DNA of 58,397 nt from Actinomycetota bacterium (GTDB lineage: Bacteria; Actinomycetota; Actinomycetes; Streptosporangiales; Streptosporangiaceae), in assembly GCA_003136255.1 (NCBI GenBank), contig PLDT01000083.1:2899-61295 (forward strand), read 5' to 3'. The translations under genes and the position numbers were made by a program. Under the pieces are notes generated by a model. It was not told the DNA's origin. It made no database searches and was given only the letters and a program-made list of their open reading frames with translations. Positions 9,529-17,521 of the stretch are shown here, piece by piece (within the stretch, counting starts at the first letter, position 1; the number at the start of each line of letters is the position of its first letter).

Positions 9529-10245
9529 CTAGGACGGCGGCCCGCTGACCACGTCCAGCAGGTGCGCCACCCGGTCCCTCAGCCCGCGCACGCCCGGCCG
9601 GTACCGCTGGTAGCCGGTGGTGCCCGGCCGCTCGACGCGCCCGTCTCCGCTGGCCACTCCGAACTCCTCGTTCCGGTCCAGCTCGCCGCAGGCCGCGCTG
9701 ACCAGGTGCTGAGCGGCCCCGAACGACATCATCGCGGGCACGCCCGGGCCTGGCGCGATCGTCATCGCCTCGTGGGCCAGCGCGTCAAGCTCCGGATCAC
9801 CCTGGTCGAGCGCGAAGATCGTCGCCCCGTCTCGCCGCGCGTCGCTGACCCGCTCCAGCAACGGAACCGGCGCGGTGGCCGCGGTCACGACGAACACCGT
9901 CTCGCCCCGCTGGGCCGCCTCCAGCCGCTCCAGGCCGACCCGCAGGTGCGGCGGCGCGCCCGGCGGAACCTCCCAGCGCACCAGCGTGGGCATCAGCTCG
10001 GGGATCCCGGACAGCCGGCTTTCCTCATCCAGGTGTGCGGTGAGGTGCCAGGGTTCTTCGGCGGGCGGACCGACCAGCAGCAGTCCTCCCGGCGTGCGGG
10101 TCGCCTTCCGCAGCCCGCGCGCGAAGGCACGGGTCCGGTCGAGCCATCCCGTAGGGGCGAGCAGCGCACGGAGAGTGGCCACTTGGTTGGCGTCCACGTA
10201 TCTATGGTGCCTCCTCAAGGTACTTGCGCGCAGCCATATCGGCAC
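9529..10245 (-). CDS. hypothetical protein
   Basis: 238-aa ORF with non-shadow composition. An alternative GTG start at 10197 lies downstream of a GAGGAGG. No family recognised. Confidence 0.5.
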   Translation of the reverse strand: MPIWLRASTLRRHHRYVDANQVATLRALLAPTGWLDRTRAFARGLRKATRTPGGLLLVGPPAEEPWHLTAHLDEESRLSGIPELMPTLVRWEVPPGAPPHLRVGLERLEAAQRGETVFVVTAATAPVPLLERVSDARRDGATIFALDQGDPELDALAHEAMTIAPGPGVPAMMSFGAAQHLVSAACGELDRNEEFGVASGDGRVERPGTTGYQRYRPGVRGLRDRVAHLLDVVSGPPS

Positions 10246-10341
10246 GCAGGGTTGCGATTCGACCGAAGGCGCAGGTAACGGACCCGTGCCGGGCTAGGTC
10301 CCGCGCGTCGGGCGGATCGACAGGTCTGGCAGTATCGATCC

Positions 10342-11010
10342 ATGACTGAGCGCGAAGCCCCGTCCGTTGACGGCCTGGTCATCGGGATCCTCGGCGGAAC
10401 CGGCGACCAGGGCCGCGGCCTGGCCTTCAGGTTCGCGCGGGCCGGGCACCCGGTAATCATCGGCTCCCGCAACGAGGAGCGGGCCCAGAGCGTGGCCAGC
10501 CTGCTCGGCCACCACGTCCAGGGCATGGCCAACCGCGACGCGGCCCGCGAAGCCAGCGTGGTGATCGCCGCGATTCCCTTTGAGGGCCACGGTGAGCTGC
10601 TGGCCCCGCTCGCGCCCGAACTGGCCGGCAAGATCGTGGTCGACTGCGTCAACCCGCTGGGCTTCGACGACCGCGGCGCCTACCCGCTGCCCGTCCCGGA
10701 GGGCAGCGCCGCCGAGCAGGCCGCCGCGCTGCTCCCGGACAGCCGGGTGGTCGGGGCGTTCCACCACGTGTCGGCGGTCCTGCTGCTCGACCCGGAGGTG
10801 GAGAGCATCGACCTGGACGTGCTGGTGCTCGGCGATGACCGCACCGCCACCAACCTGGTCCAGGCTCTGGCCGCCCGGATCCCCGGCGTGCGCGGCGTGT
10901 ACGCGGGGCGCCTGCGCAACTGCGCTCAGATCGAAGCTCTCACCGCCAACCTGGTCTCCATCAACCGCCGCTACAAGGCGCACGCCGGAATCCGGATCAC
11001 CGACATCTAA
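10342..11010 (+). CDS. npdG: NADPH-dependent F420 reductase
   Basis: GILGGTGDQGRGLAFRFARAGHPVIIGSR dinucleotide-binding motif, and the length (222 aa) is typical of NpdG. Confidence 0.83.
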   Translation: MTEREAPSVDGLVIGILGGTGDQGRGLAFRFARAGHPVIIGSRNEERAQSVASLLGHHVQGMANRDAAREASVVIAAIPFEGHGELLAPLAPELAGKIVVDCVNPLGFDDRGAYPLPVPEGSAAEQAAALLPDSRVVGAFHHVSAVLLLDPEVESIDLDVLVLGDDRTATNLVQALAARIPGVRGVYAGRLRNCAQIEALTANLVSINRRYKAHAGIRITDI

Positions 11011-11228
11011 AGCTCTTTTACCGAACGACCGTGGAGCCCGCCCTCCGGACACCGCCAGCGCCCGTGCCCCGGCCAAACCGATAAAATGGGCGCTAGCCGC
11101 AGTCAGCCCAGGGTGTTCACGCCGGTACCGCGTGGTCTTCATCGAGACATCATCCGCACGCAACGAGCCGTCCAGCATTCGGCCGGTCTGGGTGGCAACG
11201 ATGTGATGCCAGCCGGGGAAGGAACACG

Positions 11229-12620
11229 ATGCCGCCGACGAAGAAGAATAAGAAGAGCAGCCGGCGCGGAAGCCCCGCAGGCCGGGCGGCTCAGCCGCGG
11301 CCCCGGCGCGCCGTCGACCCGGCCGGCCTTCCCCCCGCGACGGCACAGGTTCAGAACCTCCCGCCCGGCCTGACCTCAGCCAAGAAGGCACCCCCGATCC
11401 CGGCTCCGGCCCAGAACCTGCCCGCGGGCCTGGTACCGGCCAGGGACTCCCGGGCCCGCCTGGCCGAGGCTGAGCAGCCCCCGGTGGCCGCCCAACCCGA
11501 GACGCCGCCCGCAGACCCCGCGGACGACGTGCCCGAGTGGGCCGCGAAAGCCGTCGAGAAACTGCTCACCCCGACCTACTGGCTTGACCCCGGCGAGTCC
11601 GGTGAGCCGTTCAGCGCGACGGTCCGCTTCTCCGGCCGCCGGACCGACGTGACCGGCAAGCCCGAGCCCCGCGACTCCTTCTGGCAGGAGGAAACCGTCG
11701 ACGGGATCATCCCGGGCAGCGGGCCGGTGGCCATCACCGCCGAGGTCCGCGGGATCAACCCGGGCGAGTGGACGGTGACCGCACGGTCGGTCGCGCGGGA
11801 CGGCGGCCGCCCCTACCGGACCTACCCGCCGCCCGGGCACGACCCGGCCGCTTCGTACCGGGTGCCCCCGCCCCGGCGGGTCGGGGTCCCGGCGGAGGCC
11901 CCCGCCGCCGTCCATACCTCGTCGCTGCTGCGCAGCAAGGTGCCCGGGGTCGTCCGGTTCGCCTACGCACCCCTGGTCGGCCTGGGCGTCCTGGTCGGCC
12001 TGGGTGTGGAAGCGCTGCTCTTGAGCCACGGCCACTACTCTCTGTTCCGCCCGATGCTCTTCTCGGTGATCGCGATTGTGGCGGGCGTGATCGGCGGCAA
12101 GAGCTGGTACGTCGCGGTACACCGCGGCAAGAAGTTCGACGGCTGGTGCATCCAGGGCTTCGTGGCCGGGGCGGCCGTGGTGGTCGCCGCGGCCGCGCTC
12201 GCGGGGCCGGGCATCCCCGCCGGGGCCTACCTGGCCGCGGCCGCGCCCGCCCTGCTTATCGGCATGGCCATCGGCCGGCCGGGATGCTTCTGGGCCGGCT
12301 GCTGTACCGGGCGGCCCACCGCGGCCCGCTGGGGCGTCTGGTCCTCGGACCGGCGGCTGGGTTGCCGCCGAGCGCCCGCCCAGCTGCTGGAGGCGCTGTC
12401 CGCGCTGATCAGCGGGGGAGCGGTCCTGATCGTCGTGCTCGTCGACGGGCTCGCGCGGTCCGGTCCCGTAGCCGTCGTCGGGCTGGCCGCTTATACCCTG
12501 GCCCGGCAGTTCATCCTCGGCCTGCGGGCCGAGCCGCGGGTGTGGCCGTATGGCCGCCGGGTAACCGGCACGATCGCCGCCCTGGCGCTGGTCGCCGGCA
12601 TCATCCTGCTCGTCAAGTAG
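11229..12620 (+). CDS. prolipoprotein diacylglyceryl transferase (Lgt) family protein with a long basic/Pro-rich N-terminal extension
   Basis: The C-terminal multi-TM region has the GRPGCFWAGCCTGRPT...WGVW...RRAPAQLLEA signature resembling Lgt. The N-terminal ~230 aa are Lys/Arg/Pro rich. GGAAGGA RBS. Confidence 0.7.
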   Translation: MPPTKKNKKSSRRGSPAGRAAQPRPRRAVDPAGLPPATAQVQNLPPGLTSAKKAPPIPAPAQNLPAGLVPARDSRARLAEAEQPPVAAQPETPPADPADDVPEWAAKAVEKLLTPTYWLDPGESGEPFSATVRFSGRRTDVTGKPEPRDSFWQEETVDGIIPGSGPVAITAEVRGINPGEWTVTARSVARDGGRPYRTYPPPGHDPAASYRVPPPRRVGVPAEAPAAVHTSSLLRSKVPGVVRFAYAPLVGLGVLVGLGVEALLLSHGHYSLFRPMLFSVIAIVAGVIGGKSWYVAVHRGKKFDGWCIQGFVAGAAVVVAAAALAGPGIPAGAYLAAAAPALLIGMAIGRPGCFWAGCCTGRPTAARWGVWSSDRRLGCRRAPAQLLEALSALISGGAVLIVVLVDGLARSGPVAVVGLAAYTLARQFILGLRAEPRVWPYGRRVTGTIAALALVAGIILLVK

Positions 12621-12715
12621 CGGGTCGCCCGCACCCGGACCCGGCCACAGTGCTTGGATTATCTCGATGCTGTCCGACTCGACGGCGAAACAGGACAAGC
12701 CTGCGGAGGTTTGGC

Positions 12716-13579
12716 GTGGAAATAGGAATCGGCCTGCCCAACACGGTCGCCGGCACCGAAGGCCGGACGCTCATCGACTGGGCCAGGCTTGCCGAGGAAG
12801 CTGGGTTCAGCACCCTGGGCACGATCGGCCGGCTCGTGTACCCGAACTACGAGGAGTTGACCGCGCTCAGCGCCGCCGCCGCGGTCACCAGCCAGATCCG
12901 GCTGACCACGGGCGTCCTGCTCGCGCCGCTCTACACGAACTCCGCGTTGTTCGCCAAGCAGGCGGCCTCGCTCGACCGCCTCTCCGGCGGGCGCCTGGTA
13001 CTCGGGCTGGGCCTGGGCGGCCGGGAGGACGACTTCGCGGCCAGCGGGGTAAGCACCCAGGGCCGCGGACAGCGGCTGGAAGAGCAGATCGCCATGATGA
13101 AGCGGGTCTGGTCCGGCGAGGAGTTCGGCTACGCCGGCGGGATCGGGCCCGAGCCCGTCCAGCCCGGCGGCCCGCAGATTATCCTCGGCGGCGCGAGCGA
13201 GGCCACCTTCCGCCGGGTCGCCCAGCTGGCCGACGGCTGGATCATGGGCGGCGGCACGCCCGACATGTTCGCCCAGGCCGCGGCGGGCGTGGATAAGGCC
13301 TGGCAGGACGCGGGGCGTCCGGGCCGGCCGCGTAAGCTCACCCTGGCCTACTTCGGGCTTGGCCCCGAAGCCCGCAGCCAGGCGGACGGCTACCTCCTGC
13401 ACTACTACGGCTGGCTCGGCGAGTTCGCCAGCCAGATCGCGGCGGGCGCGGCGGTCAGCCCGGAGATGGTCAAGGGCTACGCCGCGGCGTTCGAAGCCAG
13501 CGGCTGCGACGAGATCATCTTCGTCCCCACCAGTTCCCGCCTCGACCAGATATCGCTGCTCGCCGACGCGATCGCCTAA
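12716..13579 (+). CDS. LLM-class F420-dependent oxidoreductase
   Basis: GTG 12716. VEIGIGLPN...WARLAEEAGFSTLG...GRLVLGLGLGGREDDF is typical of luciferase-like monooxygenase family proteins. Confidence 0.83.
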   Translation: MEIGIGLPNTVAGTEGRTLIDWARLAEEAGFSTLGTIGRLVYPNYEELTALSAAAAVTSQIRLTTGVLLAPLYTNSALFAKQAASLDRLSGGRLVLGLGLGGREDDFAASGVSTQGRGQRLEEQIAMMKRVWSGEEFGYAGGIGPEPVQPGGPQIILGGASEATFRRVAQLADGWIMGGGTPDMFAQAAAGVDKAWQDAGRPGRPRKLTLAYFGLGPEARSQADGYLLHYYGWLGEFASQIAAGAAVSPEMVKGYAAAFEASGCDEIIFVPTSSRLDQISLLADAIA

Positions 13580-13651
13580 CCGAGGTCCGACGTAGTCGGT
13601 GTTGGCTCGCGGGGGGACGACCCCCTGCACCCCTCGGGCTACGCTTGAGGA

Positions 13652-14431
13652 ATGGAGTTCGAGCACATCCTGGTTGAGCGGTCCGGCGAGTTCGCCACCA
13701 TCACGATGAACCGGCCGCAGCGGCGCAATGCCCTGTCGCTGGAGCACATGCGCGAGCTGATCGCCGCGTTCGCCGAGGTCGGGAACAGCGACGCCCTGGG
13801 CATCGTGCTGGCCGGCCGCGGGCCGGTATTCAGCGCCGGGCACGACTTTGCCGATGTCGTCGAGGGTGACCTGCTCGGCGTCCGGTCGCTGCTGACGACC
13901 TGCACCGAGCTGATGACGCTGATCCAGCAGGTGCCCCAGCCGGTCGTGGCCCGTGTGCACGGACTGGCCACGGCGGCCGGCTGCCAGCTGGTGGCCAGCA
14001 CCGACCTGGCCGTGGCTAGCGAAGAGGCCGGCTTCGCCGCGCCCGGCGGCAAGGGCGGCTGGTTCTGCCACACCCCGATGGTGGCCATCGCCCGGAACGT
14101 CGGCCGCAAGCGGGCCGCGGAGATGGCCATGTCGGGCGACGTCATCGACGCCCGCACCGCGCTGGACTGGGGGCTGGTCAACCGGGTCGTGCCGGCCGCA
14201 CAGCTCGACAGCGCCGTCCAGGATCTCCTGGAACGGGTCACCCGCGGGTCGGTGGACAGCAAGGGCATCGGCAAGCAAGCGCTGTACGCCCAGATCGACC
14301 TGGACCAGCCGAAGGCCTACGCCTACGCCATCGAGGTCATGGCCGCGACCAGCCAACTCCCAGACGCGCGCGAGGGGATGCGGGCGTTCCTGGACAAGCG
14401 CAAGCCGCGCTGGAGCCGCGGCCGCGCCTGA
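13652..14431 (+). CDS. enoyl-CoA hydratase/isomerase family protein
   Basis: 259 aa. ITMNRPQRRNALS, FSAGHDF and ATAAGCQLVASTDLAVA are crotonase-fold motifs. Confidence 0.9.
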   Translation: MEFEHILVERSGEFATITMNRPQRRNALSLEHMRELIAAFAEVGNSDALGIVLAGRGPVFSAGHDFADVVEGDLLGVRSLLTTCTELMTLIQQVPQPVVARVHGLATAAGCQLVASTDLAVASEEAGFAAPGGKGGWFCHTPMVAIARNVGRKRAAEMAMSGDVIDARTALDWGLVNRVVPAAQLDSAVQDLLERVTRGSVDSKGIGKQALYAQIDLDQPKAYAYAIEVMAATSQLPDAREGMRAFLDKRKPRWSRGRA

Positions 14432-14484
14432 CCATAATGTCGGCGGCCGCTATTTAGGTACTTCCCGAGTTACCCCCGGTAATC

Positions 14485-14568
14485 TGTGGATAGGTTGTGA
14501 ATAATTCCGTGGATAACGACCGCCACCTGCGGAAAACTGCCCGCTATCTGTGGAGATAATGTGGATAC
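14485..14568 (+). promoter_or_regulatory. cluster of five co-oriented DnaA-box-like 9-mers
   Basis: TGTGGATAG (14485), TGTGAATAA (14496), CGTGGATAA (14508), TGTGGAGAT (14549), TGTGGATAC (14560). Each matches TGTGGATAA (the reverse complement of TTATCCACA) at 7-8 of 9 positions. Start-to-start spacings are 11, 12, 41 and 11 bp. Confidence 0.4.
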
Positions 14569-14600
14569 CCAAAAGAGTGAAAATAGCCGGCCAAAAGCTC

Positions 14601-14629
14601 TTGCGCCGCGCTGGCCGACGCGATAGAAA
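14601..14629 (+). promoter_or_regulatory. putative sigma-70/HrdB-type promoter
   Basis: TTGCGC, then a 17-bp spacer, then TAGAAA(T). It lies about 7-10 nt upstream of the proposed transcript start. Confidence 0.3.
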
Positions 14630-14635
14630 TACTTT

Positions 14636-14826
14636 CACCGTTGGAAACGGGCACCACCCGGGGGAAACTCCGAGAGGCGGGAAGACCGAGAAATCGGTCC
14701 TTCGTGCCGGTGCCTAGCCCTAGCGGGTGGCCCGTAGAGCCAGAACGGCCGGGTGACTGGTCGCGCTGGCGCCGCGGTGCCGACGAGGCTCCCTCCATCT
14801 CATACATGGAGGGGGCCTCGTTTTAA
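14636..14826 (+). ncRNA. candidate structured small RNA of unknown family
   Basis: No credible ORF. It lies between the promoter-like element and a strong intrinsic terminator. Internal helices: GACCGA-GAAA-TCGGTC tetraloop hairpin (14685-14700), CACCCG/CGGGTG long-range pair (14655-14660 with 14724-14729), and GAGCC/GGCTC. Confidence 0.35.
14787..14824 (+). terminator. Rho-independent terminator
   Basis: GGCTCCCTCCAT - loop CTCATAC - ATGGAGGGGGCC forms a 12-bp stem with one G-U pair, followed by TCGTTTT. Confidence 0.7.
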
Positions 14827-14829
14827 TGT

Positions 14830-15534
14830 CTAGCCCATCGGGTAACGGTGGAAAGCGACGGCGTATTCACACCCGGCCCCAAGTCCGACGTAGCCAGCCA
14901 AGTTCCGCAGGAACTCGTCGGGATCGAACTCGCCGCCGAGGCCGTCGATATAGGCCTGGTGTTCGCGCAGCGACGCGATACCGGCATCGATGGCGGCGGT
15001 CACATCCGCGAAGTGAGTCGGGTTGCCCGTCGTGGCCACGTAGGCGTCCCGGATGCCGGTGCACGGCGGCCCGGCCTCGGGGAAGACCCACCCGTTCGCG
15101 GCGTCCCGGCAGGCATCCAGCACGGCCAGCCCGACGGCGCGATGGTCGGCGTGGTTGACCGGACCCTCGTCGCCCCAGGTGAGGTCGAAGCTGGTGGTGA
15201 TGACGACCTGGGGATCCAGCGTCCGGAACACGGTGGCCAGATCACGCCGCAGCGGCACCCCGTACTCCACCAGTCCGTCGGGATGGTCAAGGAACATCAC
15301 CCTGCTCACGCCCACCACAGCCGCGCTGCGCCGCTCCTCCTCCATCCGCAGCGGCCGGACCTGGTCCGGGGGCATGCCCGCGATGCCAGCCTCGCCCTTG
15401 GTGACTAGCAGGTAACTTATCTGCTTCCCCTGCCCGGTCCAGCGGGCAATGGCGGAGGCCACGCCGTACTCCAGATCGTCGGGGTGCGCCACCACCGCGA
15501 CGGCCCTGTCCCAGTCCTCAGGCATCGGCTCCAT
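14830..15534 (-). CDS. PIG-L (LmbE-like) family deacetylase
   Basis: VVAHPDDLEYG motif, HADH, LREHQ. ATG at 15534 is preceded by an AAAGGGG RBS; the track ORF extends to 15729. Confidence 0.8.
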   Translation of the reverse strand: MEPMPEDWDRAVAVVAHPDDLEYGVASAIARWTGQGKQISYLLVTKGEAGIAGMPPDQVRPLRMEEERRSAAVVGVSRVMFLDHPDGLVEYGVPLRRDLATVFRTLDPQVVITTSFDLTWGDEGPVNHADHRAVGLAVLDACRDAANGWVFPEAGPPCTGIRDAYVATTGNPTHFADVTAAIDAGIASLREHQAYIDGLGGEFDPDEFLRNLAGYVGLGAGCEYAVAFHRYPMG

Positions 15535-15658
15535 TGCCGCCCCTTTCCGCATTCTCTCTCCGGCTCGTGCGCTACTCAGGTAACGATCGTCGCACGACGC
15601 GCCACCCCCGACCCCGGATTCATGACGCTCCGGGCGCCGGAGGCGGAAGGATGGACCC

Positions 15659-16129
15659 GTGAGTACCGCATCCGACATTTCCTTTAGCGGCCCGGCGGGG
15701 ACGTTCAACCTGCGGGTCGCGGCCGTCATCGTCCGCGGCGACCAGATCTTGCTGTGTACCGTTGACGGCCTTGACTACTGGTTCCTGCCCGGCGGGCGGG
15801 TCCGCTTCGGCGAACCCAGCGACGTGGCCTTGGTCCGTGAGCTGGCCGAGGAACTCGGGCATGAACTGCCGCCCGGGCCGCTGGCGCTGATCGTGGAGAA
15901 CGTCTTCCGCAAGGGGTCGCTCCAGCATGAGATCGGCCTGTACTACCGGCTCACCTGGCCCGCCGCGCTGGCGCCCGACGACCTGTACGGCGGCATCGAG
16001 TCCGGCCACCGGTTCCGCTGGGTGCCGGTCCGCGAGCTCGGCTCCGTCGACTTCCGGCCCGCCGGGCTGATCCCCGTCCTGCCCGAGCTGACCGGCGCCC
16101 TCCGCCACGTCGTGCTGACCGCGGCATGA
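15659..16129 (+). CDS. NUDIX hydrolase
   Basis: Nudix box GGRVRFGEPSDVALVRELAEELG. Confidence 0.85.
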   Translation: MSTASDISFSGPAGTFNLRVAAVIVRGDQILLCTVDGLDYWFLPGGRVRFGEPSDVALVRELAEELGHELPPGPLALIVENVFRKGSLQHEIGLYYRLTWPAALAPDDLYGGIESGHRFRWVPVRELGSVDFRPAGLIPVLPELTGALRHVVLTAA

Positions 16130-16527
16130 CTCCCGGCAGCCTGCATCACGTCGAGCTGTGGGTGCCCGACCTGACCCGGGCCCGCCGGGAGTGGGGCTGG
16201 CTGCTCGGCCAGCTCGGCTACGAGCCGTTCCAGGACTGGGACGCAGGGACCAGCTGGCGTCTGGGCGGGACCTACCTCGTCGTCGAGCAGTCACCTGCGC
16301 TGGCCGCCAGCCACCACGACCGGCTGCGGCCCGGGCTGAACCACCTCGCGTTCCACGCCGGCCCGCGTGATGCCGTCGACGCCCTGGCCGCCGCGGGCTC
16401 GGACCGCGGCTGGACGCTGCTGTTCCCCGAGACGCACCCGTACGCGGGCGGCCCGAATCACTACGCCGCCTACCTGGCCAACACCGACGGGTTCGAGGTC
16501 GAGCTGGTGGCTCAGCCTCAGCGGTAG
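16126..16527 (+). CDS. VOC/glyoxalase family protein
   Basis: 133 aa. [11 protein letters not shown] and NHLAFHA metal-ligand context. ATGA overlap with the Nudix gene. Confidence 0.78.
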   Translation: MTPGSLHHVELWVPDLTRARREWGWLLGQLGYEPFQDWDAGTSWRLGGTYLVVEQSPALAASHHDRLRPGLNHLAFHAGPRDAVDALAAAGSDRGWTLLFPETHPYAGGPNHYAAYLANTDGFEVELVAQPQR

Positions 16528-17408
16528 GAGTGCTCCTCGTCCGGGAAGGCACCCGAGGTGACGTCCTCGGCGAACGCGGTCGCGGCCTGGCCGAGGATGC
16601 TGGCCAGGTCGGCGTACTTCTTGACGAACTTGGCGGTACGGGGGGACAGGCCCGCCATGTCCTGCCAGACCAGCACCTGGGCGTCGCAGGCGGGGCCCGC
16701 CCCGATGCCGACGGTGGGAATGGTGAGGGCCTCGGTCACCTGGGCGGCCAGCGAGGCCGGGACACACTCGAGCACCACGGCGAACGCGCCGGCCGCCTGC
16801 AGGACCTTGGCGTCGTGCAGCAGGCGCTCCCCGTCCTCGCCGCGGCCCTGGACCCGGTAGCCGCCGAAGGCGTTGACCGACTGCGGAGTCAGGCCGAGGT
16901 GCGCCATGACCGGGATGCCGGCCGCGACCAGCTCCTCGACCTGGTGCGCGACTCGCTGCCCGCCTTCGAGCTTGACCGCGTGCGCGCCGGTCTCCTTCAG
17001 GAAACGGGTCGCGGCGGCCAGGGCCGCACCTGAGGAGGCCTGGTAGGAACCGAACGGCAGGTCGGCCACGACCAGCGCCCGGCTGGTGCCGCGCACCACG
17101 GCGGCGGTCAGCGGGATCAGGTCATCCACGGTGACCGGGATCGTGGTGTCGTGACCGTAGACCACCATCGCCGCCGAGTCGCCGACCAGCAGCACCGGGA
17201 TCCCGGCCCGGTCGAAGATCCCGGCGGTGAGCGCGTCGTATGCGGTGAGCATCGGCCACTTCTCGCCGCGAGCCTTGGCCGCGGCGATATCGCGGACGGT
17301 CACCCGGCGGCCCGGGCCAGTCCCGCCGTACAGTGTCCCGCCACTTAGTGGCTCGGGAGTGGTCCGCTGTCCTGTCGCGGCCACGGATGCAGCAATGTCG
17401 TGTGACAC
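16518..17408 (-). CDS. panB: 3-methyl-2-oxobutanoate hydroxymethyltransferase
   Basis: 296 aa. LTAYD, LLVGDS, KLEGG and GHLGLTPQS motifs. Confidence 0.95.
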   Translation of the reverse strand: MSHDIAASVAATGQRTTPEPLSGGTLYGGTGPGRRVTVRDIAAAKARGEKWPMLTAYDALTAGIFDRAGIPVLLVGDSAAMVVYGHDTTIPVTVDDLIPLTAAVVRGTSRALVVADLPFGSYQASSGAALAAATRFLKETGAHAVKLEGGQRVAHQVEELVAAGIPVMAHLGLTPQSVNAFGGYRVQGRGEDGERLLHDAKVLQAAGAFAVVLECVPASLAAQVTEALTIPTVGIGAGPACDAQVLVWQDMAGLSPRTAKFVKKYADLASILGQAATAFAEDVTSGAFPDEEHSYR

Positions 17409-17521
17409 AGTCGCCAGCCTCCAAGTCTCGTGTCGCCCTCGCGGCGTACCCGGACGTGGTCAATAATCGCATGCGCGCAGGGTGCGGTGGTAGAGCCAAC
17501 CGGTTCTGGAAGACTGGGACG

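Noticed and set aside
12659-14356. 565-aa minus-strand ORF opposite the LLM oxidoreductase and enoyl-CoA hydratase genes
   Set aside because: It spans two well-supported plus-strand genes and their intergenic gap. Arg/Gly/Ala/Pro-rich shadow frame with no motifs.
14640-14790. Partial resemblance to riboswitch cores (GGGAAG + hairpin as in cobalamin elements; GTGACTGG as in ZTP/pfl)
   Set aside because: The diagnostic cores (GCCACTG B12 box context; the CCGCCTGGGC pseudoknot partner of ZTP) are absent. The element is also followed by a terminator and a convergent gene, so there is nothing for a riboswitch to regulate.
14450-14807. Small minus-strand ORFs (62 aa at 14450-14638 and 87 aa at 14544-14807) inside the AT-rich island
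   Set aside because: They have no RBS and odd composition. The 87-aa ORF would start inside the terminator loop. More likely non-coding.
14440-14830. Possibility that the DnaA-box cluster is the chromosomal oriC or a plasmid origin
   Set aside because: No dnaA, dnaN, rep, par or other replication gene lies nearby, and I saw no AT-rich 13-mer-type unwinding element. Only five boxes are present, all in one orientation. It is kept as a non-oriC DnaA-box-cluster hypothesis.
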